Shown: positions 43,984-58,582, numbered from the stretch's first letter. The stretch: 64,000 bases of DNA from Eledone cirrhosa (GCA_964016885.1 OZ024741.1:200942001-201006000), one strand, 5' to 3'. The notes: generated by a model not told the origin, from the sequence alone. Made by a program: numbers and translations.

Positions 43984-45193
43984 CAGGGTGTAGCAGGTAA
44001 ATTGGGCCAAGTCTCAAATGGTATATTTCATATTGTATAGATTATCTACATTCTAAATATTACCAGCTTGAACAATCATTTGTACTATTTTTTTAATTTC
44101 AAATTGAACAAATTATGAATGTTAATAAAGAATTAAACCATAGAAGTGTAATTGCCGAATTATTCCGCGCCAGCAAAAGTGTTGGGGAGGTTGTTTGAGC
44201 CACAAAGTATGCCAGATCTATTGCTTTTAGAGTTGTAGCAAATTTTGAAGAAAAGTCAGGATGTTCACAGAAAGCCTCACAGTCCTCACTGTGACCGTAA
44301 ACTCACACCTCGCTTCTTAGCAGGACTTAAAAGATCAATTGAGTTGAACCCATCAGTGGCTAAGTTGGTTCAAGATTGAGAAATCAGTAAAATTATCATT
44401 CTAGGGCTGTGAGACAAGATCCCCATATGAAATCATATGCGAGGAGACCCCCGTAACATCCTAACTACTCGCTCCAAAGCCATTCGAGCTGAATGAAGTC
44501 CGAAACTTCATCTGAAACATCGTGGCGGAGACGTCCGCATCTTTATGGATGAAAATAAGTTCATGGTAGACGAAGTTGCAAACCGTCAAAGCTCACGAGT
44601 GATAGTGTACGACCCTTCCTAAGTTCCTTCAGTTATGCATAGTAAGAATCCGGCTTCTATTATGGTCTTTGGAGTTGTTGCACGTGATGTGAAATTGATG
44701 TCTCCTCATTTTATTGAAGCGAGTCTTAAAATCAACACAGCAGAGTATCTCAGAATCTTAGAAGTTTTGTTCCCTTGGCTTAAGTTGAGTCATGTTTGTA
44801 CAGGACTCTGCGCCCGCCCATTCTTCGAAAAGAGTGAAAGAATTTTTGAAGAAGGAATTGCCCATTTTTGTCCCTAAAGATATCTGGCCCTCTAGCTCAC
44901 CAGATTTGAATCAGTGTGATTTTTGGCTATGGGGAGCAGTTGCAGCAATATCCAACACAACTTCTCACATCTGTGTGTCTTCACTGAAGGCTTCGATCAA
45001 GCAAGCATTCGGTAAAATTAAAAAGGAAGAAATAGTTAAGGCATGCGTATCATTCGTAAACGGATTGAACTGGTAAAGAAGCAAATGGCAGTCACATTGA
45101 ACTGGAATAAGTGCTAAACACTCCGCAATGAATTGGCATAAACATAAAATTTGTGTTTGATTTAAATGGTCTCAATTTACCTGTTACACCATG
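43984..45193 (+). mobile_element. Tc1/mariner DNA transposon, DD37D (maT-type), decayed transposase
   Basis: TA-CAGGGTGTAGCAGGTAAATTG...CAATTTACCTGTTACACCATG-TA gives TIRs with a TA duplication. Motifs FMDENKF, QDSAPAH and WPSSSPDLNQCDFWLW are present, with 37 residues between the 2nd and 3rd Asp. Confidence 0.92.
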
Positions 45194-45479
45194 TATATTA
45201 ATTCTTAATATCTTATAATGATTTAGCAGGACATATCTAAAAACATTTTTTTAATTCAAATGTTTATAGTATCTTTATTGTGCGACGGATCAGTATGAAA
45301 ATTTGCAAATGAAAGTAAAGACTTTGTTTTAATGTGATCAAGTCAGACATATTCCTGTTTTATACATCTCCGAGAATCTCTTACTAATGCTGTTTCATGC
45401 GGAAAGAACCTTAAGAATTAAAACACGTTAGAAATACACATTTGGGCAAAGTACCTACATAGCGAAACCGACAACTAGG

Positions 45480-46750
45480 TAGGATCAGGGTACTCTACCA
45501 CTCTAACCACACTACGCTGAATTACCTTCTACAAACTGAGTCTTCTAGATTTGCTCGTCAGCTATTCCAGTTTGGGTGATCTGTGAAGTTTGCCCATATC
45601 CCGTGTTGAATAATTTGTTTGTTGTATATAGATTTGTGGCATTTCTCTGTTCGATATAATCCTTCCCTAACTCATTCTAAATCACCACATTATTTTCTTC
45701 GTTCTCTTTCAGCTCATTTAGCATGTCCATCTAGTTTTCAATTTGATTCAGATAACTGTTAAATCCAGGCACTTTAGAAAGATGGGCGAACACTTGTTTA
45801 TGATAAACGTGCTCACGTTTTGTCTTGTGCCACTTTTTAGTGTTTCCTCTTTCTTTTCCTTTCCGCCCCGATAATTTTCCACCATTCTCTTTATTTCGTC
45901 CCCATCGCTACTAAGACAACGGGATGGAACAACTACTCATAGTTTTTTGCTGATTCTCACCTGGCAAAGGAAACTCCTTGACTACTCGGTTGTTATCGGT
46001 CTTTAGTGCTCGTGATCACTGAATACCAAGAATTTTTATTTGCTTCTGCTCTGTTTATGTCTGATGCTGTGACCAGTGGTGTTCTGAAAACAACGGTAGC
46101 AGATATATCCTTCGCTGACTATTGTTGTTGCTACTGCCATTGCTATTCTCTGCGACCCTCCTTTTTCTCATATTTTCCTCATTTGGTCAGAAGGTGCTCA
46201 AGAGATCATTATTGCTATGCGCATTGTAACGGCGTCGGCGGCCTTTCCCCATATGCCTCTTTCCGTGGGCTACTGTGCCAGGATAACGTTGTAGTCTTCG
46301 GAGATCATCAGAACCACGATCTCCATATAAACCATACTCAACTACATGTTGCAGTTCAACTTCTCGTGAACCACCTACTCGTACCATGCCGAAAATGTGA
46401 TGACAAAACGTGAATCAACGTCACTATCAATAAGTTTGACCATGACTCTACGGTTTCTTTTCCCAATTTACTGCAGCATGTCACCTTGCCATTTCTTCGG
46501 TTTTGAAAAGGAAAACAAAAAAACAATCCCATGATTCTATATGCCCTATCATAGTCGATGGAACCCAGATCGTATAGGGCTTCCTCCAGGCCCTCTTTCG
46601 ACGACATATTTAGTCCTCCGCCTGCGTTCTTTTTAAATGTATGCCATACTCCACCTCACCTTCTGATTAAATTCTTTGGACAAGGTGGCACTCCATTTTT
46701 TTTCTTCTCTGGATCCATATATCCTTTCGGCTTGCAACTCTAACAAAGGA
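45480..46750 (-). mobile_element. Decayed LINE fragment, probably RTE-type (APE endonuclease region to RT start)
   Basis: Minus-strand ...QHVVEYGLYGDRG...GRRRRY resembles the APE region; heavily disrupted. Confidence 0.5.
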
Positions 46751-47315
46751 GGAATTGTTTCTATCGCTGATGTTTTTGTTAATGTCGTATAAGTTTGTAT
46801 TTTCGCTTGTCAAATTGTGATTCCGTGTTTATAAGTGTGACTGTTTGTTTAACTGTCATTTTTTGTTTTGTTTAGTTTTGCATTTGTTTATCTTATTTCA
46901 GTCTATTTTTGTGTTTTTAAGAAAAGACATTTGGTGTGAGGTGGGGAGTATATTGAACCACTAATAAATATACAAAGATATGCATATGTAATGTTTCTAA
47001 AATAGGCACAAGGCAAATAATTTTTGGGGAGGAGAAAGTCGATTAAATCGACTTCAGTATCTGACAGTTACTTTTACCCCTGAAAGATGAAAGGCGATGT
47101 TGACCTGGGCGGGATTTGAAATCAGAATGTAAAGAGACGTAACTGAATATCCCAAAGCTATGTGACGTTCTAATGATTCTGCCAATTAAGATATACATAT
47201 ACAATAAGCCATCATCACTGTCCCTGGGTAAGGGAATAAACGTACAGATGCTTTGAAGCCCTTTTTACGTAAAAGAAACACATTATAATTATAATAATTA
47301 TTATTATTATGAGGG

Positions 47316-47497
47316 TAGATTGGCAGTGTCGGTAGAGGGTCGTATGCCGTGCTTTGCAGCAGAGTTACGGCCCTTTACGATCTGATTTCAAATCCCGCCG
47401 AAGTTAACTTTGCCTCTCATCCTTATGAGGTCCATAAAATAAACCACCAGTAAGGCACTGGGATAATTGTTGTCCTTGTGCCAAATGTAGAAACAAT
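47316..47497 (+). mobile_element. SINE (second family)
   Basis: Near-identical to 25577-25758; an inverted relative lies at 46990-47190. Confidence 0.75.
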
Positions 47498-47739
47498 TAT
47501 TATTGTTATTGTTGTTGTTTGGTTTGCCAAGACGTATGCGAATATCGCTCCGTAAGTTTTGTCGATTTTCAAGTGTTTACATTGTATTCATCCTTATATT
47601 TTTTTATGATTGTAAGGCGCGACACATTGTCCCCTGTAATATTTGGGCCTAAGGCACAAATATTCGAACTTTGCTTTAAAAAAATATTATTTTTCAAAAA
47701 AAAACAAACATAGATTGAGCACGCCCCCCCCCCCCACGT

Positions 47740-49720
47740 TCAGCCAGCTGAATGTTGAAATGATTATCGCTGCCCCTCCCACAACAAATACGAACACACA
47801 GACACCACATTAGGCAGTATTGCCAACAGCAGCACCAACAACAACTACACCAACAATAATTATAACACAAATTATAAACAAAAATGACAACACCAACAAC
47901 AAAACCAACAATAGTGAAAATAGAAATGTGAACAAAAATGACAATAACATCAACAACAGCACCAACAATATCAGCAACAACAGCAAAAACGGCAACACCA
48001 ACAACATAGACAACGAAAACACTATCAACCACAACGAAAAACAGTAAAACAGAAACAACACTACCCACAACAACAATAACAGCAACGGCAACAAAGAGAG
48101 AAACTCTTTCGCTGCGGTGACAGCCAAGAAAAGTCCATACTTTAACATGGACCAGATTGACAAAGAAAAAAGTTGGCCAATAGGAGAACTCTGATCTTTA
48201 GATGCATCTCAGCTGAGATGAATAAAGCAGCCAGTACTCCCCAGGCAGAGGTCGAGGCTGCACTGAGGTGCATCAGACACGATACAGAATATATAGCGAG
48301 GGGCAGAAAATACGGTACCCCTTTCACATGGAAAAAAAGAACAGCTAAAGTCCCCATTCCCAGGATTCCACCAGGACTAGATATGTCGTGGCTCCTGGGA
48401 TGTGTGATTGTGGAGGGGACAGAAGCCGTCCGGATCGAGGTAAACAGAACAGCCAAAGAGGACTGGTCCGGGGTTGATCTGGAGATACTGCTCCAAATCA
48501 GACCTGAGGAACTAAGAAAAATCCCGTACCACATTCGTCTTCAAAGCAGGACGGCTTTGCAAGTGATGACCGAGGGCAAAACGCCGTACTGTTTCGTCTG
48601 CGACAAAACAACTCCCTTGCGAGCCTTCTCCCCTCAGCTCAAAAATTTAAGGGTCGAAAGCCGCCACTGCTGCCAACACCGGTGCCGGGACAAAATACAA
48701 CACCAACAACAGCAACAGCTAAGCAAACAACACCAGCAACAGCAGCAGTATCAACAACACAAGCAAGGACCTTTAAAACAACCCAGGAAGTCACCCAAAC
48801 AAGACCTGCTTCTCGCCTCTTTCAAACACACATACACACACCGAGCAAAACTCACACACCCGACTTTTGGCACCTGCTCCTTCAAAGTGCCCCCAAACAC
48901 TGTGGTTGGTGCGGATGCCAATAAAAACGTTCAAAAACATAAGGGAGAGCTTTCCCAACGACGTGATTTTGGTCTTTGACGGATAGAGATGGACGCGAGC
49001 TGAACGATTTCCGGCAGATGTGTGAGGCCTTTCGCCAGCACTTTGTTCGGCTGTTCGTGGAGGAGTGGTGTGTTGGAGAAGGTGGCCACCTTTTGGAACC
49101 GTTTCAGATCTCCTGATCGGTCCGTTACGGGTGCCCCTCTCTCCACTTCAGTAAGTATTGACTTTCGGGCTATTACTGCGGAAGTTGGAGCTGTTGCAGA
49201 GCATCCCGCTCAAACCGGAACGTGGAAAGGTTGTGTCGGCTCAGGCGGACATTATAGAGGTAGGCACCTTGGAAATCGAGGTGGCCGGAAACTTTCTTGG
49301 TGGAATATGAAAAGTTGACGGGAGCGAAACTAAATCCAGAAAAATCGGGTTTGCTTTCAGCTAGGTACCTGGAGAGGCAAGTCCATGCCGTCAACAGCGT
49401 GGTCGGGCGCTGGACGGACGGACCGGTAAATTTGCTTGGGGTCTGGTTCGGACCTGACCTCCAGATGGATAAGAATTGGGACGAGGTGACGATCAGGATA
49501 ACCACTCTCACCAAGAAGTGGGCTGAGAGGAGGTTTTCCCTGAAAGGTCGAGTGGAGGGAGTGAACGCGTACATCGCGTCCGTCATCTACTACCGTCGTG
49601 CATTGCTCCCGTTTGCACCTCGCCAAATTGGAGCGGCTCCCCTTCGACTTCTTGTGGAGGGGACGGGTTCCGTTTGGGAGGTAGCCCATCTGCTACCAGC
49701 ACCTTCTACGAGACCTCGCT
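47740..49720 (+). mobile_element. Tx1/L1-like LINE remnant: ORF1 plus internally deleted ORF2
   Basis: ORF 48173-48979 has PYCFVCDK (zinc-knuckle remnant). 49297-49620 encodes EYEKLTGAKLNPEKS...LLGVWFG...NWDEV...SLKGRVEGVN, typical of the L1/Tx1 RT thumb region. Confidence 0.75.
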
Positions 49721-49739
49721 AAAATTCAACTGCTATGTA

Positions 49740-50105
49740 TACACTTTCGCTGTGATAATGGAGACAAATTTCTATAAATATTTATTTAAAAAAGTACATG
49801 ATAGCGACCTGGCCAAAATTATTTGAGACCGTCTATCCGGACTGACAAGCAAATGGTATAGATATAATAATCAAGAACTGGAAATAAAATATATGTACTC
49901 TGATTGACATCCCGATCCTTCCTGAGCAAAATATCACCTGAAATCAGATGGTATACATATCAAATTAGATCTTTAATTGGAAGTAACAGTTGGATATGAA
50001 TATAAAAACAGTAAGAATAATAATTGGTGCACATAAAACCCATACAGTCCAAAAGATAACCCTGCTAGTCACAGCCCACAGACTACGCCAGATAGTGTCC
50101 AATAA
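49740..50105 (+). mobile_element. Probable C-terminal endonuclease region of a Dong/R4-like element
   Basis: Peptide pieces IRTDKQ..DIIIK..CTLIDIPI..EQNI, IIIGA and VQKITLLVTAHRLRQIV. Confidence 0.55.
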
Positions 50106-50679
50106 GCATTGCATCTTGTACACTAAACATTAACCACCAATTAAATAACGCAATTCACCTAACACATACTCTATGAAATCACCACTAAACAATATACACA
50201 ATACTTTACACAATAAAATAAAACAACAAATATCCTCATATGATCGATATAACACCAACAACGCACACAGATTCCTGTCCACATATTTGCCACTCAATAA
50301 TATGTATGCATGGACGCGTAACTTCTGGTGGAGTAGGAAAACAGTTGATATATTTCAGAGTGGTAGAGGTAGAAATAGAGAGAGAAAGAGAGAGAGAGAG
50401 AGATAGATAAACAAGAATTCACTCCACTACTGGATGTTACTGTTGATAATTGTTTATAACAATATGTACACACACACACACACACACACACACATATTAT
50501 ATAACAATGATAACAAAGACAAGTTATTTTACATATCTCATTCATTGTTTTGCGATCGTTTTGGGGGGTTGATCATATCGATATATTGACTGATCTATAG
50601 CATTTATAGAACTGTATACTGTCAGACATAATATATGGGTTCAATCATACCGTCTTCTTCGGAAACAATATATATATGA

Positions 50680-50897
50680 GGAACGATCGACTTTCGTCAA
50701 ATCGGACCGAGGGAACAATGTTTCCGTTGGTCTTTCCAATTGCTAATACTATCTATCGGTCGCAACTCCAGGTAGAAGGAGCAACGTGAAATAAAGTGTC
50801 TTGCTCAAGGACATAACGCATCGCCTGGTCCAGGAATCGAACTCACAACCTTACGATTACGAATCCAATTCTCTAACCACTCAGCCACACGCCTTCA
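50680..50897 (-). mobile_element. tRNA-like SINE
   Basis: Reverse complement of 21302-21513. Confidence 0.8.
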
Positions 50898-50900
50898 ATA

Positions 50901-50934
<34 letters not shown>

Positions 50935-51676
50935 CATATATATATATACTTGCAAAACTGATGTAATGTACTAACACATTTCAAGGTTTTCAAAAAACAA
51001 TACTGCACACAACACAGTAACAACACACACACATACACAATCATACTTATATGTTATATACATGAATGTGTGTGTATATACACATGAAGACCAGTTAACT
51101 CAGTTTCTGACGGAACCCGTTGGTTGCATCAATGCCAGAAAAATTCTACAAGGATGGAATCATGTGCCATCCTAAATGGCGTCAGATGGTAATCTCAAAT
51201 GGTGGCGATTATTTTGATTTGAAAAAGCCAAAGTCAATAAAAATTTGAAGTAGTTTATCCCAGCTAATAGTTGGTGACTAGGAGTGACGGATGGTTATAC
51301 ATGGCTAGCAGAATATCCCAATGATTGCATAACTGCACCTATGATTGCGTAAGAATCTGCTAAATTAAGGAGCTGAATCAAACAGCTTTTGAAAATTATA
51401 AATTTATAGCAACTAAATGTAATTGCAGTTATTTTCTGTGCCTGAGCACCCTACATCTTCTTATCAATTCGCAAATTCGAAATTCGGGCTTCAGACACGA
51501 CGTTTGTTTCTGCTTTCGAAAGCTATTTGATTTAGCTTCTTAATCGATGATCAGGGTTGTCACCGATGGAATACTTTTAATTATAGATCTGTGAAATTGG
51601 AGCGGAACTGAAGCCAAACAACAACAGGTACACACACACACATGCAAACACATACACACACAACACACACACACAA

Positions 51677-51709
<33 letters not shown>

Positions 51710-51787
51710 CACACATACACACACACATTTTCTACTTTAGCTTTGGACTGATTAATGTTTTATGAATGAAATTTGGTATACGGCAAC

Positions 51788-51834
<47 letters not shown>

Positions 51835-52529
51835 CCCCCCTCTTTTACACACACACACACGCACGCACACTATCTATCTATCTCTCACACATACACATAA
51901 ATACACGCATATACACTCATATACACAAGCACACATTCTTACAACCCCATTTCTATAGTGACCGACATTTTATACGAAATATACATTAGCTTTGATATAA
52001 TAGATTCAACGTTACATTACATGGTGGCACTACCGAACAGTTTAATGTAGAAAGAATCCTGTGGAAAAAGTAAGGACTGTGATGAATCCAAAAGAAACTG
52101 TTTCGAGATTGTGAATATAACCAGCTCTTTCAGATTCGATAAAAAAAAAAGTGAGATTTGAATGGAGCTGGTGATTTGGCGCTTTAAAGACACGTGGTGT
52201 TATATATAGGCTACTCCAACAGAATAGTTGCCTGAAAGCAGTGATCTGAAATTGTTACAGGATCAATATGTATATCATATTGAATGTGCTATCCCTGCTG
52301 CTAGTGTGAGGTTGGCTTGAGATTAAGCAAAGCCATTCATCTGATGTACAAATTGTATGCTGGAATTGATCCACTGTTCTTCCGGTTTGCCTTTTCGAGA
52401 GTGACGGCGGTGTGCCCTGCACATGCACAAAATTAGTGGAAAATAAGATGGTTGTTTCGGGAGGATTGGGGAAATGGCTTGAAGTTGACTAACAAGGTGT
52501 TACTTCGTTAGATCGGTTTTCCTGTTGAT

Positions 52530-52990
52530 GGATATTTCACATTGCTGCCAAATGTGCAACTCGTACTAAGGCAAAACAAAAGTGGAAGTAGCGCCCCGCG
52601 TCATGATTAGGAAGAGCCATGTCTAGAATATTTCAATTGATGTGGGATGGGCTGCGAGACAAAGAGGTGGACTTTTTTCTACTCCTGCACCTATAAGAGC
52701 ATGCATCCTAGGTAAATCTACCCTTAAATTCATTGCTATTTAGTGGTATGAAAGTAGTTCTGTAGATCACATTTTTTGAGAGGCAGGCTTGCCCCAGAGG
52801 ACAGTTGGCAGTATTTCGGCAGTTACAGCTCGTTGTATATGGCGGGGTCAATGTAGTGCATGTTGTTTTCCTTTCTTTTTGTATCGTGCGATGTTAAAAT
52901 TTATGCTATCTAAATAGGAATAGTTAATTATTGGAGTTGAAGAGTTTGGAGGCAATTGTGGTTGTTAGTGAAATGTCATCTAATAAATGA
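52530..52990 (-). pseudogene. Penelope-like GIY-YIG endonuclease region, decayed (CNCR-CPL type)
   Basis: Minus strand gives KLFNSN...SCNCRNTANCPLGQACLS..VIYR..EFKGRF..KKSTSLS, with frameshifts. Confidence 0.6.
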
Positions 52991-53095
52991 CAGGAAGATC
53001 TCCGATATATTTGTTGATACATCTGAGTTGAATATAGAATTGAACACACTTATCTTGCTCTTTACTTTCGTTTTTACTCAAACGTATATATATAT

Positions 53096-53800
53096 ATTGG
53101 AAGGCCACTGATAAAGGACTTACTTTTTCATATGTAACCCATTTGCAACGCCGCAGCTCCATTATTATCATATTTACACATATATTTTTTCCTCTGCTGC
53201 CACCCGTCTGTTTCGTTCTTTGTATCTTTACCCTTTCTAGCAGTCTCTCTCTCTCTGTTAGCCTCTTCCTCAACTTTCACTCACTCATTCTCTGTCACTA
53301 CCTCTCCTCCTCCTCCTCCTCCTCTTTCTTCCCGTTTGACCTGTCCGAATTCTTTTCTCGCGCGTTCTTGGCCAAGCCGGTATGAATTTTTCTCTCTCTC
53401 TCTCTCGTCTGCGACTTCACAGAACTTATGTTTACCGAATTCGCAGACCAGACCCCTTCTTCTTCCCCCTGTTAGACCTGTGCGAAATTCCTTCCTTGCT
53501 CACATTTCAACCAGGTTTGATGGTCTTTATTCTCTTGTTCACGATTTCACCGAGTTTATATTCATAGAAATCTGGGACTTGTCTCTTTCTTCTCACTTTC
53601 TGTCGCTTAAACCATTTTGTTTGTTCACCCTAGCGTCCCCTTTATTTACGTGTCCCAACGACTTTTTTTAGCCGTTGTTCGCACCAACCTGAGGTATATG
53701 GCCCTTAAAGCGATGAAATGCCTAGGACGGTTGGAAGGCCACTGATGAAGGACTTACTTTTTCATATGTAACCCATTTGCAACGCCGCAGCTCCATTATT

Positions 53801-53806
<6 letters not shown>
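53096..53806 (+). mobile_element. Penelope-like remnant with short direct terminal repeats
   Basis: ttggaaggccactgat(a/g)aaggacttac...cagctccattattatcatat occurs at 53097-53173 and 53731-53807; CTGATGA and CTGAGGT cores are present. Confidence 0.55.
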
Positions 53807-53862
<56 letters not shown>

Positions 53863-53865
53863 TAC

Positions 53866-54150
53866 TCCTTCACTTGCACCTCTACAAATGTCGTATACGC
53901 CCTTCGGTGTTCCCTTTGTGGATCCATTTACATTGGACATACAGGCCGCCGTGTGGCGAACCGATTCTCCAAATACCTAATGGACATCGACTAGGTACAT
54001 ACATTCCTGTCCCACGTCACTCCGTTCCCTCAACCACTCTACTCAATACCTCAGGCCTCCTTTTATACCACAGATCCACAGACACTCGCACCAAGACCGA
54101 GCAGAACTTAATTTTTCGCCTTGGACCACTTTCCTGAGCGGATGCAATTC
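53866..54150 (+). pseudogene. Penelope-like GIY-YIG endonuclease, decayed
   Basis: SFTCTSTNVVYALRCSLCGSIYIGHTGRRVANRFSKYLMDID*, then after a frameshift ...PVPRH...RTKTEQNLIFRLGPLS. Confidence 0.85.
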
Positions 54151-54559
54151 AACCCTATAATTCTTTTAACCTCGCTTTACCTTTGCTCTCACACACAAAC
54201 ACACTTAGCCCTTTACGGTTTATTCCTGTGTAGTCGTATGCGAAGCTAAGCAGCTTCTCTTACGACCATATCAGGTAATGAAATATACAGACTACTACTA
54301 TTTTCACTAGCTCCTCTCGGCTGCTGCTATGTGTGTATTTATGTACGTATATGTAGAAATTTATGTACGTATATGTAGAAATTCATATACATTCTTCTAC
54401 ACCCCCTTACGTTGGTCAGTTAACGCGCGCTTGCTCACACACGCATCTACACGCTCTCAGAAGCCAGCTCGTCACGGTTCAAAGCATCACCTTGAAACAG
54501 GAGCACATCTTCACGCTCACACACACGCACACATACACACAAACCAACTCAGACATGCA

Positions 54560-54838
54560 TACTCACATGTCCATTGATTACCTCCTTTCATAAACCTCTC
54601 TTCAAGATGGCCGACTGAATACGCATGTCTGTTTTTTTCTCCTCCATTTTCCCCTCATTTTCCCCAGTTCCTTCCTCTTATCACTCTTCTCACTCTTTAC
54701 ATTCTCTTTATCATCTATTTCTAACTCTATCTTCCGATGAAGGACTAGTGTCCGAAACTTTAAAACCCTGCTATTTGAAGCGTTAAACTAAAATATTTCT
54801 TCCATGTACCGTTTGTTTTATCATTTCTGTTTACCTTA
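54560..54838 (+). mobile_element. Family D terminal repeat with a minimal hammerhead (54734-54760), downstream of the GIY-YIG remnant
   Basis: CCGATGA a ggac-tagt-gtcc GAAAC; the element ends in (AT)n. Confidence 0.6.
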
Positions 54839-54848
54839 TATATATATA

Positions 54849-54950
<102 letters not shown>

Positions 54951-55161
54951 CATGAACTTGATGTTTGTCCTGGCCTCAATTTTGATAGAAGACATGCTGC
55001 TCAAGTGGATACTGATTTCCAACTGGCGCTGCCGTGTTGCAACATGGATTTAAGGGTTCATATTAGAACATGTTATGGCACGTTAGTACGAGAACGTACC
55101 GGTGTATTGAGGTGAAAATCTCAGCATATGTACATTTTCCATGAAATTGTGGAAGCCTCTC

Positions 55162-55209
<48 letters not shown>

Positions 55210-55211
55210 CA

Positions 55212-55243
<32 letters not shown>

Positions 55244-55325
55244 CGTGCGTGTGTATGTGCGAATCGTTAGCGAGTAAAAACAACACAATGATAATATGTA
55301 TTAGTTTAATGCTTGATATATGGGA

Positions 55326-55393
<68 letters not shown>

Positions 55394-55560
55394 AGATTTG
55401 AATGGATACAGTTTAGTTGAAAGGAATTTATTGACACGTGTTTCTATAACAGTTACATAACCTAAAACAGCTATCTACAAACTTTTAGTTATGCAGACAT
55501 TCAATATTTCAATGTTATTATTTACTGTCATTTCATTATATTACAACACAACGGAAAATA

Positions 55561-55602
<42 letters not shown>

Positions 55603-55605
55603 ATA

Positions 55606-56006
55606 TAATATAAAACGAAAAATCAGTGATGCATCTGAACTCAATTTATTGTGTGTTACGATTGTTTCGCCGGCGGACAGCTCGAGACGCTATCATTGTG
55701 TAGATTTGTCTGATTCTGGATCCGCAGGTTCGACGGACACGTCTAATGATTTCGGAGCAAATATTTTAGTGAAAGAATTTTCTCCGAAATCATTAGACGT
55801 GTCTGTCGAACATGCGTGTCCAGAATCAGACAAATCCACACAATGATCGCGTCTCGAGCTGTCCGCCAGCGAAACAATCGTAACACAATAAATTGAGTTC
55901 AGATGCATCACTGATTTTTCGTTTTATATTATATCATACTCTGCTCTGTAAGAACATAGAGTGCTCAACCGGCATACCGCCTATGGAAGCATCTTAGCTA
56001 CCATCA

Positions 56007-56010
<4 letters not shown>
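55606..56010. mobile_element. Fold-back cassette related to family C (about 150-bp arms plus a 3' tail)
   Basis: 55606-55760 mirrors 55777-55934; it shares ctcgagct, GAAACAATCGTA and gagtgctcaa with family C. Confidence 0.75.
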
Positions 56011-56092
<82 letters not shown>

Positions 56093-56930
56093 ACGGACTT
56101 TTGCACAGTGTCTGTGCAAATTTAACTCACAAAACTTTGTTCAATTCGAGTCTATATTAGGAAATATTTGCCAAGACTATACATGTATGTAAATATGTAT
56201 ATTAGTAGGTGGGAGATAGATACTGATATATATACCTACATATATACATATACATTAATATATACATAATTCAGGCTGGTGGACAGGGATAATTGGTAGG
56301 TCATCGGATAAAATACCATTGCAGCATTTGTTATGTCCCTTTGGTGAACTTTGCTTTCATCCTTCCGGAGTCCATTAAATGAAGCACTAGTCAAGTACTG
56401 GGGTTGACTTAAACATCTTTGTCCTTTCCTCAAAGATTGCTAGCCTTGTAATTATATTAGAAATGAATATACATAGCATATCTACCCTTCTAAATGATTG
56501 TAGGAACAATTGCGATAGCTGCGCTTGTAAGCCCATATGCTATAGGTTTGCAGAATTTAATATCTATATGTTTATGCGTTTATTCGTAAGTCTGACTGAA
56601 TAAGTGCATATTTAAGTGCATATTTACACACACACACACACGCACACGCACACGCACACGCACGCACACACCACACACACCACACACACCACACACACCA
56701 CACACACACACACACACACGAAAAACCACAGACCCTCCATCTCAACTCACCTTTTGAAATGCAGAAGAACTGCGAAACCGGTAAAGGAACCAAATAAATA
56801 TATATATATATATATATTTTTTTTTTTTAAATAAGACTCCAGTTGCATTTTCGATTTCATCTCTTTTTCTTTATACTTTCACTCGTGTAGGACACCTCGG
56901 TTATTTTTCATTTTGTAAAAAAAACCTCAC

Positions 56931-56967
<37 letters not shown>

Positions 56968-56972
<5 letters not shown>

Positions 56973-57559
56973 TGGCTGCCAACTCGTTTTCGAGTACGGC
57001 CGCCACTTTATATCCATGTAGGAGAACCCCTACCGTTGCGCTGAATAAGTGTGACTTTTTAGTCCAGCCAGCGACTTGAAAACTCTGGTACAAACACTAC
57101 ACTTGTGACAATTATTGACACATAGTGCTGGGCCCATGGTACCATGTGACGACAAGTGCAGAGAGATCTCCAGATATAAAGCAATGCCTGTGCCGTGAAG
57201 CTTTTATAGTGAGCAAAGGCACTGCACAAAGCCAGTCCCACTCTCTTAACCAAGATGATATTTACCAAAAAGAAGAACAAGTCAACATCATTGGAAACCA
57301 TCAGAGTTGCAGGTGTTATATCAGAGTTTTCCTTCTCCTAGAATTCTGCCTTGACAAAGGCTAAGGGGTCATCTCTCTCGGTGATTTTGGATGGCCATTG
57401 ACTCTTAAGAGCTCCTTTGCCCTTTGATAGGTTTTGTTTTTAGTCCTGCAGGATGTCCAAAGTCACCCTCCTCACCAAGAAACCTTGGTGGGGTTGCCAG
57501 TTTAGTCGGGACAGGTTGTACTGGGATACATGTTACCAGTAGCACCAACTGGTGATCTG

Positions 57560-57562
<3 letters not shown>
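56968..57562. repeat. Interspersed repeat, longer copy of 11484-11915
   Basis: Near identity over about 430 bp. Confidence 0.8.
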
Positions 57563-57594
<32 letters not shown>

Positions 57595-57724
57595 GTATGT
57601 AAAGTGGAAACAGAAATAACACAATCGGTACAGTATATGGAAGGGATATATTAGGTTAACGCTTGATGATTTTGGAGCTCTGAAATAGCGATGTATACAC
57701 ACACACACACACACACACACACCA

Positions 57725-57854
<130 letters not shown>

Positions 57855-57977
57855 ATGTGTATATGTATATATGTATATATATATGTATATATGTATATAT
57901 ATATGTATATATGTATATATATATATATGTATATATGTATATATATATGTATATATATGTATATATATATATGTATA

Positions 57978-58042
<65 letters not shown>

Positions 58043-58340
58043 CGAATTGGCAGGGTCGTTAGAGCGTCGGATAGAATGGTTTATGCTATTCGTTCCGGTT
58101 CTTTACTCAAAAGGAGTTCAAATGCTTTCAACCTTTCGAGATCGATCAAAAAAAGTACCAGTCTAATACTGGGGTGGATTTGCTTCCTCTATATCTCTAG
58201 CTCATTTCCTTTCTCTCACTTTCTATCTTTCTCTGGAAGAAATCAAGCCTGGAGAGATGGGCTCCACCAGGCTTAAAATGCCCAAGAAACGCCCTATGTC
58301 AACATGATGCCCCTACGACTCTATCAGGAGTTACGGGACA

Positions 58341-58381
<41 letters not shown>

Positions 58382-58391
58382 TATATATATG

Positions 58392-58428
<37 letters not shown>

Positions 58429-58538
58429 GTCTAAACATACACGTGTGTTTGTTTTTATATACGTGTGTATGTTTATATATATGTGTGCGTGTGTGTGTGT
58501 GTGTGTGTATGTGTTTATGTATATAGGTACTTATATAT

Positions 58539-58582
<44 letters not shown>

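Noticed and set aside
47694-48163. Hydrophobic membrane-protein-like ORFs on -
   Set aside because: They are the antisense reading of an (AAC)-rich low-complexity stretch at the start of the LINE remnant.
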